Below are positions 1 through 12,600 of a stretch of DNA of 64,000 nucleotides, in pieces. The notes beneath the pieces were generated by a model. That model was not told the origin of the DNA. It searched no databases and was given only the letters and a program-made list of their open reading frames with translations. Numbering within the stretch: position 1 is the stretch's first letter; every line of letters starts with the position of its first letter. This DNA is from Orbicella franksi (taxonomy: Eukaryota), in the NCBI GenBank assembly GCA_964199315.1, contig OZ116708.1, positions 21,328,001-21,392,000 on the forward strand, written 5' to 3'. The translations under genes were made by a program, and so were the position numbers.

Positions 1-480
1 TCAGACTTGATTCGTTCCTCCTTCCCTCCTTTTCCACTCTCTCCCAGGTCTATCCCCGATACCTGCCTTATTTTCACCCCTCTTAAACTTCCATCCCATT
101 TCTTTGTCTCTTTTTTAAACCATCCATGGCCATACTTTTATCGTCTTTCTTACAAATTCATCCTTCTCTCTTCCGCACTCTCGTGCTTCCCGCTTCCACT
201 TTTCACCCTTCATTGTCCTCTTTTCCGCCCTTCCTGGTTTCTTCCTTCATTTGCTTACTTTTTCATCCCTTTTCTTTATCCCTTTCTCTATGTCTTATTC
301 TCACCCCTCCACAGATTACTCCGATTCATTCCCCTCCCTTCTTCAGATCCCTTCTTTTTCAGTGTCACATTATAATTTCCCTTCTCCACTTTCTCGCCTC
401 ATTCCAGGCAAGCCAACTCCCTCACTTCTTTTACCCTTCAATTTTGATTTCTGCAAATTTAAAACGTTTTGTTCCACTTC
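1..480. repeat. Pyrimidine-rich (CT) low-complexity intronic tract
   Basis: Strong C/T bias on the + strand, ending at the acceptor AG at 481-482. The ORFs called over it are F/L/S/P-rich composition artefacts. Confidence 0.6.
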
Positions 481-482
481 AG

Positions 483-3400
483 AAACGTTCCTACCACCCT
501 GGCGAGATGGCGCCGCTCCGTAGCCCCTACGACTTCGACGACGAAGGTAACGCGACCAGCACCTCTACCACAGAGCCATCTAGCAGTGGGTTCCGCAGCA
601 GTGTTACAAGTCGCTTCACCACCACTGATGCCAGCGAGACGTTAGGCGATGAAGACAGCAGTGTCCCAGGTGCGTGATTGAAATATTAATTCTCTTTTCT
701 AATTACTATACATTTCTTTGAATGTGAGTGTGGAGAATTTGGTGGTAGATCAAAATTCTTATAATCTCTCAGTACTGTTGTTTAGGGAAGCTGTTCGTCT
801 ACGCTCAACTAGTTTGAACGACCTCTAGTAATAGTCTTCTCCTGTTCTTGTTCTTTTGTTTTTAGATGGCGTATTACCGAAGGCCAAATATCCAGATAAT
901 CCTGAACTTGGTAAGATTTTCAGTCAGCATGCTGACTTGTCAAGTTGTCTTTTAATCACGTTTATTCCTACATTGTACATATTGGCAAAGTAAGCCTTAA
1001 CTGTACTTTTATGCGGGAATGCTCTTCAGATTTCAACTTTTGAATTTTCCTTATTACTTCTTCCTCAGAACTGGCAAGAAAAATGTGGGAGCAAACAGAC
1101 AAGTCAGGTAAAACTTGAAAACAGTGTTAGTGCTGTTGTTCATTTGCTCGTTTTTCGTTTCTTCGTTCTTTCGTTTGTTCGTTTGTTCGTTTGTTCGTCT
1201 GTTCGTCTGTTCGTCTGTTCGTCTGTTCGTCTGTTCGTCTGTTCGTCTGTTCGTCTGTTCGTCTGTTCGTCTGTTCGTCTGTTCGTCTGTTCGTCTGTTC
1301 GTCTGTTCGTCTGTTCGTTTGTTCGTTTGTTCGCTTGTTCGTTTGTTCGTTTGTTCGTTTGTTCCTTGGTTCGTTGGTTCGTTGGTTCGTTGGTTCGTCC
1401 GTGCGTTGGTTCGTCCGTACGTACGTTCGTTCGTTCGTTCGTTCGTTCGTTCGTTCGTTTGTTCGTCCGTGCGTTTGTTTATTCGTTCGTTCTTTCATCC
1501 ATGACCTTCGTATTTGTTTTTTTTTATAGAGGTGAGCACGACTCAGCCAGAATCTTCATCTGAGGAGGAAGAAGAGCGGCCATCTTCACCTGGCATTCCT
1601 TCAGATTCATCCGATTCTGATGACGAACAAGGTACTTTTCAATATTCCTTGCTCTTAGTCTGTTTGTTTTTGTCTTCTTTCGTTACACTAACGACAACCT
1701 GTATAAATAGTTTCCATTTCTCAATTTGTCGTTGAGTGTTCGGTCGACGCCATCGTTCCTAAGAACCCTTTCGAGCCCCCAGTCTTACTGCTAAGAGGTT
1801 ACCTAGCAACTGGCAGGTCGCCTGAGCTTCCATGGCAACTAGTGAAATATACATTTTGCGTCGTTCCTTTCATTATAATTTTCTTATTACAGGTTTCTAT
1901 AATTTTCTAATAGTTTCCCCCTTCTTTTTATTCTTAGCTCCGAGTGAAAATGGATGGCCAAAGGGTAAAACTCCAAAGAAGAAACGGAGAAAAGGTTTGC
2001 GATAGGGGATAACTTGTTGTGTATATTGTCAAATCCAAACTTTGTTAACAGAGTTCATCTCGCTAGCTAGAAACAGCAGCAATCTCAAAACGCTTTATGA
2101 TTTTATTAGTTGCTACTAGCCTTCATAGAAAAACCTTGGAATTAAACTTAGGATACTGGAATTCAAAAATCCTCAGACCCTTTTTTTTAGCAGCGTTTAC
2201 GCTTCACTGCAAGCGACAAATCTTGTCTCTAGTTCTCCGTGCTGAAGGTCATATACACTGTAGTTCTGTCTCGGTCACGAGGAAGTCCGTAGAAACTCCA
2301 CGAATTTTGTCAGCGTAATTCTGTGCGCACTCTACAATTGTGCTACATCAGGGGAGCACAAGAGACTCAACTAGAAGCCTGTCAATTTCCTTTCAAGTCG
2401 TAATTTGGAAACACGCGTCTTTCATCAGATATTTGCATTTCGTATATTGACCTTTTGTAGCCGCTCTCATGTGTTGAATGTGAAGGAATCCATTTCCTTA
2501 CTCCGTCAATATTCTTGTGTTCACAGCTCCTTTTTACGCTTCGGACGGACCCATGCACAGCACACCAATGGGTAAGTTTGTTTAGCTAGAAAAGTTCTCT
2601 TAGCCTGACGTTCCTTGGCCAGCTTCTGAGGCTAGTGAGCGAGAATGTTGCGCAAGTTCTAACGAGCACAAGCCATTAGACATGTGTTCTGTACATTCGA
2701 CAGGTTAAACCACACCTTATTTCGAGAAGTTAACGCTGGAAGCTATAAAGGTACTTCAAGATGTAGGGAAGGGGACGAGAGGAAGGGGTAGAAGGAGAAA
2801 GGAAGGAGACGAGAGGAAGGGGCAGAAGGAGGGGGGACTGACGGTGATCTCCCTATTCGAACTAGACATATTCGACCTTTGTTTCGTCCTCACCTTTCCT
2901 TTTTGAGCAAGAAAAGGAAATGGTCCATCTGTACTCCCCACCCCCCAACTCTTGACCACCTTTAAGTTTTGATCATCGTGGCCATCCGTGTCCATGGTGG
3001 CTCCTTACATTCATTACTAACCTCTCAACTCATTCTGTTGCGCAGAAACGACCCCAGAGGAGGAGCCTCCCAGGGAACCCGAAGGGGACTCGGATTCTTC
3101 TGACACCGGAGACGAAGAAATACCCACACTCGAGCGCAAGAAGGACCATCCCTCGTTCAAAGCTGTCCCCGAGATCATACGAGACAAGGGTGTGTCCGGC
3201 TCGGCTGCCACCTCAGACACCCCGTCTGTAGATAGCAGTTTGAAGAAGAAACCTTTGAAGTCTGCACTGAAGAAACCCAAGAATCCTATTCCTATTCCTG
3301 TTATGGAAGAGCACATTGACGATGATTCACCTGATAAAGCACTCAGGTAAGTCTTAAAGGACTTGTCTTTTCACTGCAAGTAGCACAACTGAGCATAACA

Positions 3401-4254
3401 CGCCACAAGTAGTCTCTTCTTGGCGTTCAGTTAGTTGGGGCGCAGCGCGAAAAAACGGCGGCGAGAGAGGCTTGGTGCGAGGAGCAAGGAACGTTGGTGT
3501 TTCAGTGGTAGTTGTTTCTTGAACATTGTAAAGCAAACAATCCAAGTCCATTATGCAAAATGTCGAGAAAGCTAAAACCAACTTGTGCGGCATAATAAAC
3601 GGCTGCACCAGAAAAAAGTAATACTCGATAGCGTAAATTTGAATGGTCACTCACTAGAGTTTCATCCACACGTTTGAAAAATAGAACCACCTGGTACGGC
3701 AAAATAAACAGTACTGCATGAAAGTACTTTTTGATAGCTTTCATTTGAATGGTCACACACTAGGGTTTCATCCACACACTTAAAAGTTAGAACCACCTTG
3801 TATAGCATAATAAACAGTACCAAACGAAAGTACTGCTCAATAGCTTTCATTTGGATGGTCACACTCTAGGGTTTCCACCACATACTTAAAAGTTAGAACC
3901 ACCTTGTATAGCATAATAAACAGTACCAAACGAAAGTACTGCTCAATAGCTTTCATTTGGATTGTCACACACTAGGGTTTCATCCACAGACTTAAAAGTT
4001 AAAACCACTTCAATCGACTCAAGGTTTGACTCAATCACTTTTTGCGTCCGTAGCTCCTCCGATCATCACCATCATCACCACCACAGGGACAAGCATCGAC
4101 ACCGTCGAGACAGGCCACGGTCCCGCGCTAGTTCGGGATCGGGAGATTACAAGGAGAAGAAGCGAAGGTTTAGAAAGAAGAGTTCGAAGAAGAAAGAAAC
4201 CTTAGTACAGATCGGCGGGGAGGAATACAGAGTGAAAGTGGGCGATGCCACAGA
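483..4254 (+). CDS. 3' part of an unidentified multi-exon gene encoding a low-complexity, probably disordered region (Ser/Glu/Asp-rich, then His7 and a Lys/Arg-rich segment); 5' end probably lies upstream of the window
   Basis: Canonical AG/GT exons chain in frame: 483-669 (KRSYHPGEMAPLRSPYDF...VP), 866-910 (DGVLPKAKYPDNPEL), 1069-1107 (ELARKMWEQTDKS), 1530-1631 (EVSTTQPESSSEEEE...DDEQ), 1938-1994 (APSENGWPKGKTPKKKRRK), 2527-2571 (APFYASDGPMHSTPM), 3046-3346 (ETTPEEEPP...DKAL), 4054-4254 (SSSDHHHHHHHRDKH...VGDAT). All phases are compatible. No recognisable domain. Confidence 0.75.
1145..1495. repeat. Compound tetranucleotide microsatellite (GTTC/GTCT/GTTT/GTTG) with a perfect (GTTCGTCT)n core
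   Basis: Directly visible. The octamer core spans about 1190-1315 and the array degenerates at both ends. Confidence 0.95.
2762..2836. repeat. Purine-rich GA low-complexity tract (gacgagaggaagggg twice)
   Basis: Directly visible in the intron between exons 2527-2571 and 3046-3346. Confidence 0.6.
3545..4010 (-). repeat. Tandem copies (106-bp period) of the abundant coral 'atgaaagctattgagcagtac' repeat family
   Basis: The anchor cttaaaagtt recurs at 3779, 3885 and 3991, and the last two units are nearly identical. Family recognised from memory of coral genomes. Confidence 0.85.
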
Positions 4255-4879
4255 GTAAGTATTCATGTTGATTATCACTTGTTTTAGAAAATAGGCGGTA
4301 AACATTGCGCGATGTGATTGGCTTAGAGTCGACTGTCTTTAACGTTTTTAAATGGGTTACTTTTGTAAGGGAAGTGAAAACCGTTTATGAGGGGCTTCAA
4401 TAGTGTTTGTTTAAACGATTTACAGAAATCAAACCAGCTTTGTAGTAATAACCCAGAGAAATAACAAGTATTTTCTTAGGATTTTTTCGTTCCTCCAGAC
4501 CTCAGTCCGTCTCTAACTCTTAAAATGCATGGAAAAATTAAGTGTGTTTCCTATTTCATTTTCAACATCTTATCTTTGTTGGTTTCCCACTGCTCGGTGG
4601 ACAAATCAAAATCCGAGTTAGTCTTGGAGGGGTGGGACTGGTGCCGATGAAATTACACGTGCTGTAGGACGCTCTTTGACTGGCCGAGAAGAATGAAATG
4701 TTTGAAACAAAGTTGCCGAGAAAGAGTCTTATGCATATGAAGACTTTTCTTTTACTACTGCATACCAAGGCTATTTGGCTTAATTGTCAGTACTCAGGAG
4801 TCCATTTATAATGAGTTTTCACTCGTACCACCAAATTTGTAGTTCAAACTTCGACTCTGCTTAAGATATCCTAGGCTAT

Positions 4880-5120
4880 AAACATTTAAATGAAAGCTAT
4901 TTAGCAGGACGTTCATTTGGTACTGCTTATTATGCTGTTTAAGGTGGTTCTAACTTTTAAGTCTGTGGATGAAACCCTAGTGTGTGACCATTCAAATGAA
5001 AGCTTTTGAGCAGTGCTTCCATTTGGTACTGTTTATCATGGCTTAACCTTTGAGTGTGTGGATGAAACCCTAGTGTGTGACCATTCAAATGAAAGCTATT
5101 GAGCAGTACTTTCATGTGGT
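4880..5120 (+). repeat. Same 'atgaaagct' repeat family, opposite orientation to 3545-4010
   Basis: gatgaaaccctagtgtgtgaccattcaaatgaaagct occurs twice. Its reverse complement matches 3905-4000. A partial copy lies at about 5640-5715. Confidence 0.85.
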
Positions 5121-5947
5121 GATCTGTTTGTCGACTTTAAAAATGATTTTCTTTTCTTTTTTCTTGACAATTTTGCACTCCGCAGTTTTTAAGAGGGATC
5201 GTGCTAACAGCAATATAAACTACTTGCTAAATTGCAAACCGGAAACGTGTGATTAGCAGACTCCATTATCAATTTTACTGGCACTGTTTTGCGATTGTGT
5301 TTGAGTGCTCGCGTCTAAAAACTGATTAAGCCTCTTAAGCTGTACACACTTCCAACCTACGTGCCTGACTTGACAATGGAGGAGTGCAGTCTGTTCCTGT
5401 TGTTTGCAGAGGTGTTTAAAATTGTTCCCTGTTTCGTGATAGGAATTAAATTATTAAACACTAAAAGACGGAAACTCCTGCTAACAACGAGATCTTTACG
5501 TGACCGTTAACACCATTAAGCGATAATTGTTTACAGACTGTTGTCGAAACCAGTGGCTTTGTCACGAAGGTAATATCCGGACTGAAGATCAGCTTGTCTA
5601 AGTTTTTCCTGCTAGTTTCAAAGCTTGAGTCAGGCATTGTGGTTTCAAATGTTAATCCTGTGGATGAAACCCTACAGAGAAACCATTGAAATGGAAACTT
5701 TCTAACAGTGCCTTCGTGTGACGCAGTTTTCTTTCCAAACAGTCCCACGTGGAAATTTCATAGCTCGTATTAAATTTGTAATTTTGGTCTCTTGGGAGGT
5801 AGAAATTTTAATAGACGTACTTTTTTTGCGTTTGTTGGTGGGGTTCTCCTAAATACAAAACGCTGCTGGCATTGCGTGTTATCGTTTTATGCAAATAATT
5901 TCAAACTGTTGACTGTTATCCAGAGACGATGGCTTCTAACCATTTTG

Positions 5948-6092
5948 CAGTAAAACCTCTCTAATCTCGAACTCAAATTACTTTCCCTTGAATATACTTT
6001 TCAGTCATTTTCTATCGACTATCTTGAACTCCCAGTATCTCCAACTTTTTTTCGTGTCCCTTCAGGGCTCGAGATTGCAGAATTCAAACGTA
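5948..6092. mobile_element. Degenerate short MITE, Tc1/mariner-pogo-like
   Basis: The left end cagtaaaacctctctaatctcga and right end tcgagattgcagaattcaaacgta resemble decayed CAGTCGAAC-type terminal inverted repeats. Confidence 0.4.
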
Positions 6093-6616
6093 TCTTAAAA
6101 CTTTACAACACGATACTTAAGATTCTGTGTGAGGTTTGTTCCGCGCTCTAAGAAAATGCTTTGTCATTTGGGCTTTTTAGGCAATTTTGAAGTGCTTGCT
6201 AAGTACGATGTTTGTTTAATAAGTCTGTGCAGTCCTGGGGCAATTAGCAGAACCCAAACAAGCCAGCTGCTTATTGCAGCTGCGCAATTCTGTCAACCTC
6301 ACTGGGGTCTCTCGATGTAGGGGGCCTTCGTGGGAGCATGTTTTGGCATCCTGTTGCGCTTTTGTTCTTGTGTACAAGATCTTATCATGTTTACAAGTTT
6401 CTGTACGTGAAAAACTGTGCGCCAACGGCGGGTTTCTCGCCAGAAGGCTTCGAAGTCTCGCTTCATTAACCTTAATTAGCACTTTCCTTTGTTAAGGTGT
6501 CTTAAATTATCTAGACAATAAGCGTGTTTGTTTCTGAAGTTAGTGCTCCCTGTAGCGGGCCTCTGCAAAGAGTGTTTGCTATTTTGTGTACGCTGTGGGC
6601 CTCGAGCTCTTTCCAG

Positions 6617-9600
6617 GGAGCTTGACGGGTGTTCCGTCCCCGCTGCGAAGTCCAGGAGAGGTGATAACTGTGTGAAAGAATAGCAATCATGGCTGGTGCC
6701 GAACGATATAAAACACAGTCTCTGTTGTGTAAAGCTCGTGCTAATTAGTTAAATGGAATATTCTTATACGTTTCCTTCCTTTCACAGCTTGTTTACTTGT
6801 CATCGAGATTTAATAGAGAATCGATTTATAAACTATAGCTCCCCGGCCTGACTCCGTGCCGTGCCTGCCTCTACCTGCAGAATCTAATTTAACTAACGCT
6901 TTTAATAAATCCCTGTTCACAAGTACATGTAGTTCTCTGTCGGTGGGGGTTTCAAAATCAGCCTTTCTGTGGAATTTGTAAACATGTACTTGGCAGTGCC
7001 GTTGTGTTCCCACCGAGGTTAATTGAGTTGTGCACAAAAACCTTTTGCGTGCCATCACAACCATGAAACTATTAATAACTGCAGTCGATCCTAAATGCAG
7101 TTTTGGTGGCTAAATCCATATTAACAAGCCCGCTACTTTGTCTGACTTATAACAAGTGGATTAAAGCCATCTTTCTTTGTCCCTTGCCAGCTTTCAAGAT
7201 TCCCAAGTCTGAGAACAGCGCGAGGTGGGTGAGAAATTTTTGTCTACAATTAAGGCAGTGCTATTTTTAATCCAAGTTGCGCCTTTTTCTGCTTCGTTTA
7301 GCAGCGGCAGGGTAGAAATTAAAGCTTACAAGATAATGGCTGATAAAGCATAGGGTCACGGATGAGTAGTGTTAGAGAACAGATCGCATGATCAGTAACT
7401 GCACTAAGGTCCTTGATTTATCAGTCAGTTTCGTTTCACTTCAAAGGTTCAATACATCTTCAGGCTGACATGGCTTTTTTGGGAAATTTTTTTTTAATGA
7501 AACTACAAAAATTCGTCGACTAGATGTTGCTGACCACATTATCCCAAAGGTACTAAGAAAAACGTTTGAAAATTTGTGAGACTTAATGATCTCAGCGCGC
7601 CATTTAGGAGTTAATGATGGCGGTTGCCCTTTGAAAAGTTGGTACTTGTGTCTTGCACGAGCTGATCTCGTGTGTTCGACTGAAAAACTCAAGTGTTCCT
7701 TACATAATGGGAAACCTTTCTCTGAAGGTCCTCTGAGAATTCTTTGACACATTCAAAGAATAACCTTTATTTGACGATTACCTTTGTTACCATCTCTTGT
7801 CTTTTTGACTACTGATGTTCGGAGAAGGAAAAAAAATTACGAATTGTTTTGATGCCGGATATAGAAGGGTTAGCTTTTGATGTGAGGTGTTCAGAATTGC
7901 ACTGTCTCTTTTCCCTCCCCTCCCCCCCCCCCCCTTCGATTTATTTTCGTTTTTCCAATGACGTTTTTGATTAATCCCATGTAAAATTCCTCTTCGTTCA
8001 CGTTTGCCTGAGCAAGTGCCTTTGTAAACACGCTAACTATTGTAAACTCCTAAATTTTACGTGAAGTGGAAGGGATTTAGGAGATGTTCTAGATACCCTA
8101 TCGCCTAATAACAATTTTTCTCGTCCTGTTTACCTGAAGGAATGTTTCGCGTAACTTGCTTAGCTTTTATGATCAGGAGCTTTAGAATTACGTACTAGGG
8201 TAAGCTTTTCCCTTTTAAAATTCTCTGTCCAATTCTTCATTGTTCCAGCTCGTTCGTAAAATGGTATGACACACGTCTTTGGATTTTTTTTTAAACGACT
8301 TATTTTTTAATGATCACGAGATTTGTAACTACATACCAAGTTAATCTTTCCTAATTTGAAATCCTTCGACTTATTTTTGTCAGCTCGCATGTTGTTAGCG
8401 ATATGCTTAGCTGAGCCGTAAAATCACTCGAAAATTGTGAAATTACGACAGAGGTTAAACTTTCGAGTTGAGATTCTCTTAAGGTTTGCTTCGCTTTGAG
8501 TTCTGTTATTTGCTAGTTCACCTGAATTGGCAAAATTGACAAGATTCCACGTACGCGATGGATTCCTTTGGCTATTTGTTTTTAGCTTGTCAAGGCTTGA
8601 ACTTTTGTAATCTTCTTACGTTTAAGCCCTTTCGTTTCCTCTCAAAGTTTGATTTATGCAAGTTGAACGCATGCTCACGTCATGACCTACGTTTCCCGGT
8701 CGTTTATCAAAGCTGCGGTAAATTCTAGTCATTTATATTGGGCGTCTGTTTTTTCTGTGCAAGTGGTCATTAGATTAAGTGCTTGTTTAAATCAAAGGAA
8801 TGTTTTATACAGCAATTTTATTGGTGCGGCTTTATCCAGAGTTGCTAATTTGCTTTTGGGTTGGGTTGAAAACGAGTAAGAACTTTTTATGTTTACAAGT
8901 GTACTTCAGAAGACTTCACAAATATTTCCCAGTGAACAATTGAAATTTCTTCTCGGTCATTACATGCTACTTGAGCAAAACATCCAAAACATTTCGCTGT
9001 CGCGACTTCGTTTCCCTTCACCAGCTCCGAATTGTTGCGGTGAGCGAGTGTGAAAAAGAATTAACCTAATCTTGGCTTGCTTCACCTTTCTATTTTAAAG
9101 TGACGACCAAATTTGTCTGATCGTGAAAGTAAAATTAGAAACTGGGAACGCGGTTTTTAAGTGGCTATTGTTTGGCACAAAGTAATCTTGTTTTAAAACT
9201 CTGAAATAACAAAGAAACATGGCATAGGCTATTTTTTTTACCTTATTTGGCGTCTACCTGTCTAACTGTTCTGATCTGATCTGATAAAACTTCTTTGGAT
9301 TCTAGCGAACACAATTCATGAATATTTTTATCTATTTTTTTATTTACTTATTTTTTAATATAATTACTTTTTCATGTTTCGGACAGCTTATGGGATAGCT
9401 TGTTTTGGAAGTCTTTGAAACTAGCCTTTTGGAATAATGATTGATTAGAGAAAAATGGTACTAGCAAGGAACTTTGAATTTAACATTTTGAAGAGAGAAA
9501 AACTTCGACGTTTAAAATTAGCATTCTCCTAATTACATCAAAAAAATGCGTCGCGAATGTTGAATACAAGAAAAAATATCGCTTCAAGTAGCTTCTTTAA

Positions 9601-9672
9601 AATCTTACAGCTAACAATTTTTGTGTTGTGTTTATGTTTTGCAGAGTTTTAACGACCAAAGCCTCATGTTAG
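6617..9672 (+). CDS. Tentative terminal exons of the first gene
   Basis: Exons 6617-6660 (phase 2->1, EELDGCSVPAAKSRR), 7191-7224 (phase 1->2, AFKIPKSENSA) and 9645-9672 (RVLTTKASC*) continue the frame from the donor at 4255. An AT-rich, UTR-like tract follows. Competing shorter terminal exons exist at 4480/4499 and 5924. Confidence 0.35.
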
Positions 9673-12600
9673 GACAAGTGTAGTCAAGGAAGATATCTTT
9701 CCTTCCTATTTCTTCTCTTCCACTTAACACAAGTAGATGTTTTGTATTTAAAATATCAAAGTGTAACTCAAAAAATGTACTTGTTTTAACCTTTAAATGT
9801 CATGTACTTCTATATAATGAATCTTTTTTCATGAACAGCAAATATTTTTGCTTCTTAATGTCGGGTTTTAAAAATCCGATAACTTTGTACAGTTACTCTA
9901 ACGTATAGCAAGCTACGCTTTTGGCATTTTTAAACTATTTTTAGCCGTAGGTTTTTCTTAATTAAGAGGCCGATAGTTAGTTTTTAGATATACGAGGAAA
10001 AAATATTTTTATCGTAATCCGAGATAAACGCAATATTTTCTTACCGTGAAATTTTAATAGTAATATCTCGGAGTTTTGCATCGTAAATAGGAAATAATTT
10101 ATTAGTTCTATAGTTACAGTTACGGGAAAAAAAATAGATTAGTGTAGCGCAGCTTGCCAAAATGAATTGACGTGAATTAATAAGACAGAGTGTAAGTTCT
10201 ACTCTTGGTACTTATGGGAAGGCGAGAAAAAAAAATCCCGACGCAGTTCTTTTCTCCATGTCAGGGTGCCGATTTTAAAGTGGACTCTTCACGTTAATTA
10301 AAATCAAAACAAGTCCATTCGCAGGAACGAAGGCAATGCCGAAAATTTTAGTACATCTTAGCTTATTTATTTCGTCTTCAAGCGTGTTTAGTTTAAGAAC
10401 AGTTCCCGAAAGTAGAAATGTACAGTTTTTGCTGGTAGAAAGTGTGAATAAAAAAAACGCTTATCAGCTGTATTTTCTGTATTTTTTTCCACGTATATTT
10501 ATTTTTTTAATCTCGTTAAAATTACTATAAGAGAACAATAGGCGGTGAGCTTTAAATTTAAAACTCGGCAATTATATTTGCAGTGTTTGCCGAACTCATT
10601 ATATTTCTTGCTTGTACGATGCCGTTGACACAAAGGAAAGACTTAAAAGGAAGAATTTGATTTCAAAAATGTTACAATAATAGATAAAAATTAATAAGCG
10701 TCAAAGTATATTTTGCTCGGTTTTCTAATGAGAAAGGCGCATAATTTTTTTCCCGCCAAAGTATCCCGGGAAAAGGTTGTTTACTCGTCTTAGAAAAGGT
10801 TAAAGGTTCTATCAGCTTGCGCTTACCAGTTCTCAGCGGAAAAAGGCTTGTAACATTTTCAATAAATTCGAAAGCAAAAGGGGGCATTGAATTGGGTTCC
10901 TGGTGATTTGAGGCTTTTAAATGGTTTCCCATCATTGCAGTTTTCTTGGGATGGCCGCCTTTTAGTATGGTAATTTTTATCGTTGGCAAGTGTCGCTTAA
11001 CTACGCCTACAGATCCAAGTTGCAATTAAGAAGATTATTTCGGCTTTGCCACAGTTTTCTTTAAAAAGAACATGGCGTAAGGCCGCTTCACTTTTTAACT
11101 AAAGGAGGTGTCAACGCGCTAATCCTCGCGAAAAGAAGCAATTAACACCAGGCAGTGATCGAGTCTTCCATCTACCTGGTCACAATGAAATTACGGAACA
11201 ATGTTTCGATTCGGAAAGTTTTAAAGCTGTGTTTGTTGGCGGCTGTGTGTTGTTTTCGGCCGATCCTATTGTCGAAGCGTCAGTTTATTTAGATTTCATT
11301 TCCGTTCCATAAAAGAAGTGGTTTTGATGTTGAGCAAACACTCTTTCGGTCGGGATCGTTTAACACGGTCCTAGACCAAGTTAATCGTTTCGCCAGCTAA
11401 TGTAAAAGATACGTTCGTGGCAGGTTGTACAAACAAGTTTTGCAAGGGTTTATTTTTGTTCAAAACAGCGAGGCTTTCTTTGTCTCTCAGTATGAGCCAT
11501 TTGCAATCAGGAAATTAGCTAGTGATGAAGACATACTGATCGAAAGATAAGTTAATATAAATCAATAACTCCTTTGTTGTTTTCTCGGTCTCTCTGATCT
11601 CCAAAACCAGCTGAATCTAATTGCGAAATGACTTTTCAACGAGAAGAATTCTACCTTCAGAAAAAGAGCAAACGAATGCCTCATCAACACCATCAGGTTT
11701 AGACCTGGGCTGTATAAAATCACATCAATTGGCCTTTCTTTAAATCCAGAAATTGAGTGAAATTTTATGTAAGGTTGGAAAATTGCTGGATTTGACCCAA
11801 ATTCTTGTTTTCAATTTGCAACCGCAAAAGGTCGATCGATCGGTCAAAATTTTAATCTAAATGGCTCCTTTCGCGAACAAATTGTCATAGCAACTAAGAC
11901 CACAAGAGAGAAAACAATTTCAGTGAGAAGGATCGGTCGGCAAATTGTGTCATTTCGCTAGCGACAATGCCGCCTTGAAATCGCCAGCGGCAGGGCAAAT
12001 TGTTGTCTCGATTCGTAGAAAGCATTAGATTGTCTAGCCTCTCCCAAATATGAATTCTTGATAAGAAGGGATAAAAAAGACAGATTTGTCTTGAAGCTTC
12101 ATTAATTACCTACAAACACTAGGGGGTACTAAGCACTTGCTAGACTGGGAGAAATCTGGTTCGGGCGATTGAGGTGCGTATCTCCAAATCATTATGCAAT
12201 ATTTCACTTTATGATGTATGGAGCCAAACTCGTAAGCTTTCTTCCAAGAATAGAAAAAAATCGAAACAAAAGAAATTAAAATACTGCCTGAGAATCTTCG
12301 GGTAGACTGAGGAAATGTGTTTTATTTGTTTATATTCGCGTTTATTGGAGCGTACAAACTCAGTGCTCATATACCAGTTCTGGAAGGCAGCAAAAAGAGG
12401 TTTCATCACCTCGGGTGCCTTATCAGTAATACAAATTTTTGAGCTCTGCCCCCTACCAAGCCAGGCCTTAATAGTATTTTCACGCGTAGAGTTAGAAAGC
12501 TATCCTCACTTTATATATGTTTCAAAAAAGACCTCGTTGGATTTTAAAGGTTTCGTTTCGACGAAGTTCCGGTGACACAGATCACTGCAAATGGCTTTGC

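Noticed and set aside
7-523. ORFs of 90-183 aa at the window start
   Set aside because: They are products of a stop-poor CT-rich tract. Only 483-669 is bounded by splice sites and chains with downstream exons.
1115-1563. Four overlapping ORFs with repetitive RLFVCSSV or TNRRTDEQ peptides
   Set aside because: Translations of the microsatellite.
3354-3862. MTIQMKAIEQYF-type ORFs
   Set aside because: Translations of the atgaaagct repeat family, which commonly yields spurious gene calls.
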